Shown here: piece by piece, positions 7,726 through 14,808 of the stretch
How the letters are laid out: the number at the start of each line of letters is the position of its first letter
How positions within the stretch are numbered: position 1 is the stretch's first letter
Assembly: GCA_027460535.1 (NCBI GenBank)
Contig: JAPZAR010000017.1
Coordinates: 1 to 16,262 of the forward strand
DNA from: Candidatus Methanoperedens sp.
GTDB taxonomy: Archaea > Halobacteriota > Methanosarcinia > Methanosarcinales > Methanoperedenaceae
Direction of reading: 5' to 3'
Length of the DNA stretch: 16,262 nucleotides
The notes under the pieces: model-generated
Seen by the model: only the letters and a program-made list of their open reading frames with translations
Told to the model about the DNA's origin: nothing
The model's database searches: none
Made by a program: the position numbers and the translations under genes

Positions 7726-8365
7726 ACTGCTCCAATACTTTTTTAATATCCTCGAATATCTCAGGGATTTCCTTCCCCCCTTCTATCGGCCGAAGAAGAC
7801 CTTTTTTCTTATAATATTCAATCAAAGGCTTTGTTTGTTTCTTATATACAATGAGCCTGTTCTTTACTGCTTCGGCCTTATCATCGTCCCGCTGGTATAA
7901 TTTGCCGTTGCACAGGTCGCAGAATCCATCTTTCCCCGGAGGGATAAAGACCACATGATAGCTGGCGCCGCACACGCACATCCTCCGCCCTGAGATGCGC
8001 CTCACCAATTCCTCGTCATCGACCTCGATGTTCAGGACTATATCAAGCTTTTTATTCGATTCGGTAAGGATCATCTGGAGGGCATCTGCCTGGGGTATGG
8101 TCCTGGGATATCCATCCAATAAAAAGCCCCCGGAGCAATCCTGCCTTGATAATCTGTCTTTTATGATTGTTATCAAAAGCTCATCCGGGACAAGCTCTCC
8201 TTTTGACATGTAGGACTTTGCCTTTAAGCCGAGGGGCGTATTGTTGCTTATATTCTCGCGCAGTATGTCACCTGTGGATATGTGAGGTAGAGAATAATAA
8301 TGCGCTATTCTCTTCGCCTGTGTGCCTTTTCCGGCCCCAGGGGGACCAAGTAAAATAATGTTCAT
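7718..8365 (-). CDS. adk: Adenylate kinase, long form with a Cys4 zinc lid
   Basis: 215 aa. It has the P-loop IILLGPPGAGKGTQ and the AMP-binding STGDILR motif. The lid carries CVCG...CDLCNG (four Cys). Confidence 0.95.
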   Translation of the reverse strand: MNIILLGPPGAGKGTQAKRIAHYYSLPHISTGDILRENISNNTPLGLKAKSYMSKGELVPDELLITIIKDRLSRQDCSGGFLLDGYPRTIPQADALQMILTESNKKLDIVLNIEVDDEELVRRISGRRMCVCGASYHVVFIPPGKDGFCDLCNGKLYQRDDDKAEAVKNRLIVYKKQTKPLIEYYKKKGLLRPIEGGKEIPEIFEDIKKVLEQYV

Positions 8366-8584
8366 TCAAATCGATTCCCGTATGTTGAGTTGTATATTAA
8401 AGCTTATTCAAATCCGTTTTATATTTGAAAAAAAATTTGATTACCAATTGATCTGTTAAAATTGCTCTATAAATTTTTTTTTGTCCGCATGACGCAATGT
8501 TTATTAACCAGGAGTTTATATATAATCCATCAGGGAAAAATGGGAAAAACGGATTTTGCATAATAAGATGGAAGGAGACAATCA

Positions 8585-8779
8585 ATGTTAGAAACACCGA
8601 GAGAGAGAGTGGAATTGTTAAAAGCAGGGATCAGCGGCAAAAAAATAGAAGAGCTATACATAAAGCATAATAACTTTAGAATAGTGGACGGCCCGTTCTT
8701 TTTCGAGATGGTCGAAATTGATACCAGGGGAAATCAGAATTTCATTCAGGAGACAGCAGCCGCCTGCGAGTACGTTTAG
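8585..8779 (+). CDS. Small hypothetical protein (64 aa), function unknown
   Basis: AAGGAG (8572-8577) lies 7 nt upstream of the ATG at 8585. The sequence is MLETPRERVELLKAGISGKKIEELYIKHNNFRIVDGPFFFEMVEIDTRGNQNFIQETAAACEYV. The N-terminal part vaguely resembles a helix-turn-helix. It lies on the same strand as, and upstream of, the peptide/rSAM cassette. Confidence 0.45.
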   Translation: MLETPRERVELLKAGISGKKIEELYIKHNNFRIVDGPFFFEMVEIDTRGNQNFIQETAAACEYV

Positions 8780-8841
8780 GTTGAAACCGGCCCGACTAAT
8801 GAACGCGCTCATCAGGGGAGTTGCAGGCTCCCATGCTTTCT

Positions 8842-8974
8842 CTAATTCATAAGTTTGAGGAATATCTCTTCAGGTGATTTCTGTCTTTTGAATATCTATT
8901 GCCATTCCATTGTTTAGATTAACCAGGGCATAATCCTGTTAAAATCAACCAGATTTCTTTGTGTGCGCTATGAA
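8842..8974 (-). pseudogene. Decayed fragment of an ABC-transporter ATPase 3' end, a ghost copy of 10759-10893
   Basis: 8842-8872 is identical over 31 nt to 10759-10789, starting exactly at the TAG stop codon. Homology then continues at lower identity with -2, -1 and +1 nt indels. After correcting for the indels it decodes roughly as ...NNGMAIDI.KTE..EEIFLKLMN*, versus ...KNNGMIIDIKTIETSLEEIFLKLMN* in the intact gene. Confidence 0.7.
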
Positions 8975-9002
8975 TTTTTTTTCCCATTAGCACCCTCCGA
9001 AA

Positions 9003-9036
9003 TTATTATATACCAAATGCAGACATTATATATAAT
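9003..9036 (+). promoter_or_regulatory. Candidate archaeal TATA boxes for the peptide/rSAM cassette
   Basis: attatata (9005-9012) and attatatataat (9025-9036) lie 35-70 nt upstream of the precursor start. Assigned by position and composition only. Confidence 0.3.
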
Positions 9037-9072
9037 CGGGAAATATTATTTAATAAAAAGGAGGTGAGAGTC

Positions 9073-9309
9073 GTGGAAAAGGAAGCTATAGGAAAAAATA
9101 TATTGATCAATCTTAAGCGGGTTGAAAAGATTGATGCTGAGTCTCAAAGGATAATTAAAGATTTTGAGAAACAAACTGGGAAACCCCTAAAAGGTTCAAC
9201 TGGATTTGTGCTTTCCATGCATAAAGTGCCGGTAATGGGATCAACTGGTTACTGTCAATGTAAATGCAGCAGTACGAGCGATTGCGGGGGCGGCGGAGGA
9301 GGTTCATAA
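9073..9309 (+). CDS. Putative RiPP precursor peptide (78 aa) with a long leader, a C-terminal Cys-rich core and a Gly6-Ser tail
   Basis: A strong Shine-Dalgarno GGAGGTGA (9060-9067) lies upstream of the GTG at 9073. The GTG at 9064 used by the ORF track lies inside the SD itself. The sequence is MEKEAIGKNILINLKRVEKIDAESQRIIKDFEKQTGKPLKGSTGFVLSMHKVPVMGSTGYCQCKCSSTSDCGGGGGGS. It sits immediately upstream of, and co-directional with, an RRE-containing radical SAM/SPASM enzyme. Confidence 0.65.
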   Translation: MEKEAIGKNILINLKRVEKIDAESQRIIKDFEKQTGKPLKGSTGFVLSMHKVPVMGSTGYCQCKCSSTSDCGGGGGGS

Positions 9310-9326
9310 ATGATAGTTTGAAGCTT

Positions 9327-9360
9327 CGGCAGAAGCCATTAATTGATAAGCTTTCTGCCG
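9327..9360 (+). promoter_or_regulatory. Intercistronic stem-loop between precursor and maturase, a possible attenuator or processing site
   Basis: cggcagaagc (9327-9336) pairs with gctttctgccg (9350-9360). That gives 10 bp with one bulged T and a 13-nt loop, followed by a weakly T-rich tract (gcatttctatt). Confidence 0.4.
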
Positions 9361-9380
9361 GGCATTTCTATTCGTGGAAG

Positions 9381-10712
9381 ATGGACGCTATGAAACTTAA
9401 TAAGAATTTAATATTACCGCGATATTCTTCTTTCAATGTATATAAAAACAATAGTGATTATTTTATCATTAATCCTGAAGTAAATTTTTGGTTTAGATTA
9501 TCTAAAGAACAGTTCCTGGCGTTTAAGCTGCTAGACGGGAAGTCAACCGTTGATGAATTGCTTAACAAAATAGATGACAATCTTCCAGAATCACTGCGGG
9601 AAGCCTGTATTAAATTTATTGAAGAAATTGCCTTGAATTACCCCGCGAAGTCTATCGCTCTTCCTAAATCAACATTATTATCCACAATGTATCTGGTATT
9701 GACAAATAAATGTAATTCTAATTGTTTATATTGTTTTCGTGATTTGGAAGGTTCTCATGGTATTGATGGGCACAGTGCTTTAGATAAGAATTTGATAAAG
9801 AATGCTATCCTGTCTTTCAGAAATATAGCTGTCGCTAATCCTGCAATCGTTTATACAGGAGGGGAACCGTGTTTGTTTCCTGAGTTGATTGAAATTGCAG
9901 ATTTTGCTAAGAAAAATAATATTGAAAACGTGCTGCAAACAAACGGTTTGCTCATCAATGAAAACAATGCCTCGTTATATGCCGAAATATTCGACAAGAT
10001 CCAGATTAGTTTGGATTCTACCAATGAAGAAGTAAACGACTGGTTGAGAGGAAAAAAAGGGCATTTCAAAACCGTAAAGCGTGCTATGGCATTGTTGCGT
10101 AAATATGATGTAAAGATTAAGTTAGCGGCTACTATTACAAAAAAGAATTTTCATGACATCTCAAACATAAAAAAATATTTCCCGGAAATTGAGTTTCAAT
10201 TCACCCCCATGCTCCAGATTGGAAAAGGGAAAGAAAACTCTCATTTGTCGTTCTCGCCAGATGAATTTCTTGAACATTTAGTTAGTCTACCCGATGGTTC
10301 GAAAACTCTAACTGTTAAAAATATTCCTGAATTCGGAACAAAAAACCAGATGTGTGGCGCCGGAACATCTATTTTGAGTATTTCCTCAAATGGAGATGTC
10401 TTCCCCTGTCAAATGTTGCATCACCCAGATTTTTATTGTGGGAACATAAAAAATGATTCGTTAGAAAATATATACCATTCTTCGGAAACAATAGAAAGAT
10501 TTAGGACACTTACAATTGATATGGTAGATAGTTGCAAGGATTGTGATGTACGCTATATTTGTGCAGGAGGCTGCATAGCTAATGGATTTTGGCTTAATAA
10601 TGCCTTTCCGGTTAAAGATTATTTTTGTGAATTTAACAAAGAACTCTATTTTTATAACATGATTAGCAAATTTAAGGAGATCAATCTGACAGCAACTAAT
10701 ACTTTTGCATGA
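9381..10712 (+). CDS. Radical SAM / SPASM-domain peptide maturase with an N-terminal PqqD-like RiPP recognition element
   Basis: It has the CX3CX2C motif CNSNCLYC (9711-9734) and the GGE-type motif VYTGGEP. The C-terminal SPASM signature is CGAGTSILSISSNGDVFPC ... CKDCDVRYICAGGC ... C. The first ~95 aa (FNVYKNNSDYFIINPEVNFWFRLSKEQFLAFKLLDGKSTVDELLNKI) look like a PqqD/RRE winged helix. The start is taken as ATG 9381; ATG 9390 is equally possible. The ORF-track start at 9264 overlaps the precursor and lacks an SD. Confidence 0.9.
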   Translation: MDAMKLNKNLILPRYSSFNVYKNNSDYFIINPEVNFWFRLSKEQFLAFKLLDGKSTVDELLNKIDDNLPESLREACIKFIEEIALNYPAKSIALPKSTLLSTMYLVLTNKCNSNCLYCFRDLEGSHGIDGHSALDKNLIKNAILSFRNIAVANPAIVYTGGEPCLFPELIEIADFAKKNNIENVLQTNGLLINENNASLYAEIFDKIQISLDSTNEEVNDWLRGKKGHFKTVKRAMALLRKYDVKIKLAATITKKNFHDISNIKKYFPEIEFQFTPMLQIGKGKENSHLSFSPDEFLEHLVSLPDGSKTLTVKNIPEFGTKNQMCGAGTSILSISSNGDVFPCQMLHHPDFYCGNIKNDSLENIYHSSETIERFRTLTIDMVDSCKDCDVRYICAGGCIANGFWLNNAFPVKDYFCEFNKELYFYNMISKFKEINLTATNTFA

Positions 10713-10758
10713 TGCGATATCAGATCATAAATAAGCCAAAGAATGGCTCGACGTGAGG

Positions 10759-11640
10759 CTAATTCATAAGTTTGAGGAATATCTCTTCAAGTGAAGTTTC
10801 TATTGTTTTAATATCTATAATCATTCCGTTGTTCTTCACAACCCAACCAGTGATTCTGTTGAACTCATCCAGATCATTTGTGCGTGCTATGAAAGCCCCG
10901 TTCTCTTTTGATGCTTTGAAATCAAATTCTGCCTCAGCATTGAACTTGATTATGTATTCAATGCCACCGCACATTTTCTTTATCTCTGCCATTGTGCCGC
11001 AGGCTATTTCCTTTCCTTTATTCATTATCAGCACGCGGTCGCACAGGCTTTCCACCTGGTAAAGGTTGTGTGCGCTGAACACAATGGTCTTTCCCTGATT
11101 TTTAAGTTCCGACACGAAATCTGCGAGATATCTTGATGTCGTGGGGTCAAGACCCGATGTCATTTCATCCAGTACCAGGTATTCGGGGTCATTGATCAAT
11201 GCCCGGGCGATAGCTACCTTTCGCTGCATCCCCTTTGACATATCCCCTATCCTTTTATTTGCAGCTTCGAGCCGAAGCGCGCCCAGTATCTCCTTTATCC
11301 TATCCGAGGCAATACCTTTCTTGATCCCGTAAATTTCCGCGAAGAAAAGAAGATAATCATTCGCAGTCATTCCTTCATACAGGGGACTTTCTTCTGGCAA
11401 AAAACCAAGTTTCTGTTTTATTTTCTTCGAATCCTTTTTGAAATCCATTCCTTCTATCCCTATACTTCCACTCGTAGGGGTGATAAGCCCGCTCAGCATT
11501 TTCAGGGTGGTGGTCTTGCCCGCGCCATTCGGCCCCACGATGCCGAATATCTCACCTTTTTCAATCCCGAAGGTCAGGGACTCGACCGCTGTAAATCCAT
11601 CGTATTCCTTATGCAGCCCTTTTACCTCGATCTCTTTCAT
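10759..11640 (-). CDS. ABC transporter ATP-binding protein (ABC-2/DrrA-like) with no adjacent permease gene
   Basis: 293 aa. Motifs present: Walker A GPNGAGKTT, Q-loop, signature variant MSKGMQRKVAIA, Walker B YLVLDEMTSGLD, and H-loop FSAHN. There is also a ~70-aa C-terminal accessory domain. Confidence 0.93.
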   Translation of the reverse strand: MKEIEVKGLHKEYDGFTAVESLTFGIEKGEIFGIVGPNGAGKTTTLKMLSGLITPTSGSIGIEGMDFKKDSKKIKQKLGFLPEESPLYEGMTANDYLLFFAEIYGIKKGIASDRIKEILGALRLEAANKRIGDMSKGMQRKVAIARALINDPEYLVLDEMTSGLDPTTSRYLADFVSELKNQGKTIVFSAHNLYQVESLCDRVLIMNKGKEIACGTMAEIKKMCGGIEYIIKFNAEAEFDFKASKENGAFIARTNDLDEFNRITGWVVKNNGMIIDIKTIETSLEEIFLKLMN

Positions 11641-11825
11641 AGAGTCTATTATTTAATCAGCAATAATATAAATACGATGGGTATAATGAAAAACCGGCTA
11701 ATCAAGCTCCTCAATAACCGCTGAGAAAGTTGCGCCAATCATTGACCTGAGAAAGCGGTCTTTTGACAGGGAGCTGCAATGAATTTCGTCGAAAGTCCCC
11801 TCGTTAGAGATTTTCAGCGCACCTA

Positions 11826-12107
11826 TCACGATTCATAATCCACACTGATTGCCGAATCTCTCACCGACGTGATATATTTTGACACCTCAACGTGAACAGG
11901 ATTCGCCTGGTATGTTTTCATGTCCTCCATCGAGTCAAATTTTGTCACAAGGGCCAGATCATACGAACGCTCTGAGTGCAGGATATCAATCCCAGCCTCC
12001 AGATGACGCAATTGCGGGATTTTGCCCTTCATACTCAGCAGCAAATCCCTGGCTTTTTCAATACTCCGGGGATTTCGGTCTTTAAATTTAAAGAACACTA
12101 TATGCAT
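11826..12107 (-). CDS. Dabb (stress-responsive alpha/beta-barrel) domain protein
   Basis: It starts MHIVFFKFKD... and contains ...HLEAGIDI...YDLALVTKFDSMEDMKTYQANPVHVEV, typical of Dabb. The likely start is the ATG at 12107 rather than the TTG at 12113 used by the ORF track. It lies directly downstream of tyrS. Confidence 0.8.
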   Translation of the reverse strand: MHIVFFKFKDRNPRSIEKARDLLLSMKGKIPQLRHLEAGIDILHSERSYDLALVTKFDSMEDMKTYQANPVHVEVSKYITSVRDSAISVDYES

Positions 12108-12114
12108 GAACAAT

Positions 12115-13077
12115 TCAGTCCACCCCCTGCATCAATTTCCTCACCGGTTCTAATATCTCGTTCATGTATTCGGCAGCCGCTGTCTTCAAGTCCATCGGGT
12201 GAAGTTTGCGCTCGCCAAAATCTGATTCAAGCGCCTCGTAACTCCCATAATTCAGGTCGCCGCCATACTTTTCGGGGCGCTTCACGATTATTTCTGGATA
12301 GCGCGGCATGATATGGAATCTGAATAGTGAGAGCACAGGGTTGTCTTTCACCCCGCCTTCCACGCAGAAAGCTCCTTTCATTTTCTTCTTAATATCCTCC
12401 GGCGTGTCATCCACTGAAATGTAATTACCTTTGCTTGATGACATCTTCTTCCCGTCAAGACCGAGTAGGATGGGGGTATGGATGCAGACCGGCGCCCTGT
12501 ACCCAAGCTCAGGCAAACCTTCTCGCGCCAGCATGTGAATCTTTCGCTGGTCTATGCCGCCCACGGCCACATCAACGCCGAGGTGTGCTATGTCCAGCGC
12601 CTGCATTAGGGGATAGATCATCTGCGAAACCTTGGGGTTCTCCGCATCCCGGCTCACCTCATCCATGCTGCGCCGCGCCCTATTCAGCGTGGTGCTGCGA
12701 GCGAGTTTCAGTACATCCAGCATGTAATCAGGCTCTAATTGGTATGAGGAGCCGAGAACGAAATTTGTTTTTTCTTCGTCAAGACCGAGCGCAATGAAGC
12801 ATCTTTTATTATATTCAGCGATTTTCCTCACTTCATCCATGGTTCCCTTTTCATTGAGATAGGCATGGACATCCGCAAGAAGCACGGTTATTTTGAAACC
12901 TGCATGCTGGAGATCAAGGAGCTTGTTCACCGTAAGTACATGGCCCATATGGATCTTCCCGCTGGGTTCGTAGCCCACGTAAGCGCTGGGCTGCGTTATT
13001 GAGTTAATGAGCGCTTCTAATTCTTCCTGGGTGACGATCTCTTCGGTGTTTCGCGTGATCAATGCTAATGTATCCAT
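12115..13077 (-). CDS. tyrS: Tyrosyl-tRNA synthetase, archaeal type
   Basis: 320 aa. It carries the class I HIGH-type motif (GKIHMGHVL) and a KMSKS-type motif (KKMSSSKGN). The length and lack of a C-terminal S4-like domain fit archaeal TyrRS. Confidence 0.95.
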   Translation of the reverse strand: MDTLALITRNTEEIVTQEELEALINSITQPSAYVGYEPSGKIHMGHVLTVNKLLDLQHAGFKITVLLADVHAYLNEKGTMDEVRKIAEYNKRCFIALGLDEEKTNFVLGSSYQLEPDYMLDVLKLARSTTLNRARRSMDEVSRDAENPKVSQMIYPLMQALDIAHLGVDVAVGGIDQRKIHMLAREGLPELGYRAPVCIHTPILLGLDGKKMSSSKGNYISVDDTPEDIKKKMKGAFCVEGGVKDNPVLSLFRFHIMPRYPEIIVKRPEKYGGDLNYGSYEALESDFGERKLHPMDLKTAAAEYMNEILEPVRKLMQGVD

Positions 13078-13347
13078 GTTCGAGAACTCCTTTTGCTCCG
13101 CGGTTCTATGTCAGGCATACACATATACTCTGCGGATTATAGGAGAATCGGAGTCTCTTATCACACGACATTGCCATAAATCGGTGGGGCATCAGTTGGT
13201 ATTCAATACGAAGAATTATATCTTCGTGTTACGTGTACGTTCCAACCAAAGAAGAAATGGATATGCCAATTATGCTGAAGGAGCAATGATTTTTTCGAAT
13301 TAAGGAAAAATTTAAAAACTATGAATAATTATTAGGCCTTTTGCGGA

Positions 13348-14808
13348 ATGAAAAAACTAATGAAAAAGAAATTTAACAATAAAATCCTTATTATCGGTTA
13401 TGGTTCAGTTTCGCAATGCACCGTGCCCGTTTTATTGGATAAAATCGATGTCTCGCTAAACAACATTACTATAATTGATTTTGAAGACAAATCAAAAGCC
13501 CTGAAAAAATATACTGATCAGGGATTAAAATATTTCCGTGAAAAAATTACCCCGGAAAATATAGATCAAGTTTTGTCAAAATATCTGGATAATGGGGACT
13601 TGCTCATTGATTTAGCATGGAATATCGGCGCCAATGATATTATTAAGTGGTGCCATGAACACAATGTATTGTACGTTAATACTTCGATTGAACTCTGGGA
13701 TCCTTCTGAGGGAATTTATACGAAGAGCCCGTTTGAAAAATCGCTTTATTGGCGGCAAATGCAGTTGCGGGATCTTTCCCTTAATTGGAAAGATGCGCCG
13801 ACGGCTGTTGTTGACCATGGCGCTAATCCCGGCCTCATTTCTCACTTCGTCAAGCAAGGCCTATTGGATATTGCTGCACGTATCTGTGCTGATAAGAAAG
13901 TTTCTCAAGCAGACGAAGAGGAAATTTGCCATCTTGCGAAAAACTGGGATTTTGCCCAACTCGCGAAGAAATTAGGAATTAAGGTAATCCATTGTAGTGA
14001 GCGAGATACTCAAATTACCAACAAGCCAAAATTGGTTAACGAATTTGTAGGGACGTGGAGCATTGAAGGATTACGGGAAGAAGGAACTGCTCCGGCTGAA
14101 TTGGGCTGGGGCACGCATGAGAGGAAGCTGCCTTCTTTGGCCAATATACCTCCGTGCGGACCTAAAAATCAAATTTTTTTGCCTCAAATGGGCATCAATA
14201 CATGGGTCAGATCGTGGATACCGGATGAAGAAATTGTCGGTATGATGATCCGCCATGGTGAAGCATTCGGTCTTTCAGACCGATTAACTGTTTGGGAAAA
14301 TGGCAAGGCGATCTACCGGCCTACCGTAAATTATGCTTATATGCCCTGCCATGAAACGCTTTCTTCGCTTCATGAATTGCGCGGCCGGAATTACGAAATC
14401 CAGCCAAAGATCAGAATTATGACAGATGAAATTACATCTGGCGATGATACTTTGGGAGCGCTCTTGATGGGGCATTATTATAATTCCTGGTGGACGGGCA
14501 GCTCTTTAAGCATTGACGAAGCCAGATCTCTCGTTCCGGGCCAAAACGCTACCACCCTTCAAGTTGCGGCAGGTATTGTTGCTGCCATACTCTGGATGCT
14601 TGAAAATCCGCGGGAAGGTATTAAATTGCCCGACGACCTGCCTCATGATTTTGTTCTGGATATTGCTAAACCGTATCTTGGAAAATTTATTTCCACTCCG
14701 TCGGACTGGACGCCTCTTAAAAATCGCAAAATATTTTTTAAAGAAAATCCTGCCGCGAAATCCAATCCTGATCCCTGGCAATTTGAAAATTTTCTTTTTA
14801 TAGATTAA
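13348..14808 (+). CDS. hss: Homospermidine synthase-like enzyme (bacterial-type HSS, saccharopine-dehydrogenase-like NAD fold)
   Basis: 486 aa with an N-terminal Rossmann motif KILIIGYGSVSQ. The stretches VDHGANPGLISHFVKQGL and GTWSIEGLREEGTAPAELGWGTHE match my recollection of bacterial homospermidine synthases. It is followed by an ornithine decarboxylase gene. Confidence 0.75.
   Translation: MKKLMKKKFNNKILIIGYGSVSQCTVPVLLDKIDVSLNNITIIDFEDKSKALKKYTDQGLKYFREKITPENIDQVLSKYLDNGDLLIDLAWNIGANDIIKWCHEHNVLYVNTSIELWDPSEGIYTKSPFEKSLYWRQMQLRDLSLNWKDAPTAVVDHGANPGLISHFVKQGLLDIAARICADKKVSQADEEEICHLAKNWDFAQLAKKLGIKVIHCSERDTQITNKPKLVNEFVGTWSIEGLREEGTAPAELGWGTHERKLPSLANIPPCGPKNQIFLPQMGINTWVRSWIPDEEIVGMMIRHGEAFGLSDRLTVWENGKAIYRPTVNYAYMPCHETLSSLHELRGRNYEIQPKIRIMTDEITSGDDTLGALLMGHYYNSWWTGSSLSIDEARSLVPGQNATTLQVAAGIVAAILWMLENPREGIKLPDDLPHDFVLDIAKPYLGKFISTPSDWTPLKNRKIFFKENPAAKSNPDPWQFENFLFID

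Noticed and set aside
8397-8597. 66-aa minus-strand ORF in the adk upstream spacer
   Set aside because: It lies in AT-rich intergenic sequence, has no ribosome-binding site, and overlaps the start and SD of the better-supported 8585-8779 ORF.
9264-9380. N-terminal extension of the rSAM ORF (MQQYERLRGRRRRF...) overlapping the precursor gene by 46 nt
   Set aside because: No Shine-Dalgarno precedes the ATG at 9264. The extension is read out of frame through the Cys/Gly-coding part of the precursor and across the intercistronic hairpin. The RRE-like domain begins after the ATGs at 9381 and 9390.
11976-12797. Plus-strand ORFs of 111 aa and 120 aa inside tyrS
   Set aside because: They are antisense to TyrRS (HIGH and KMSKS motifs present). 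Their Arg/Pro/Ala-rich composition is typical of the antisense frame of a GC-rich gene.
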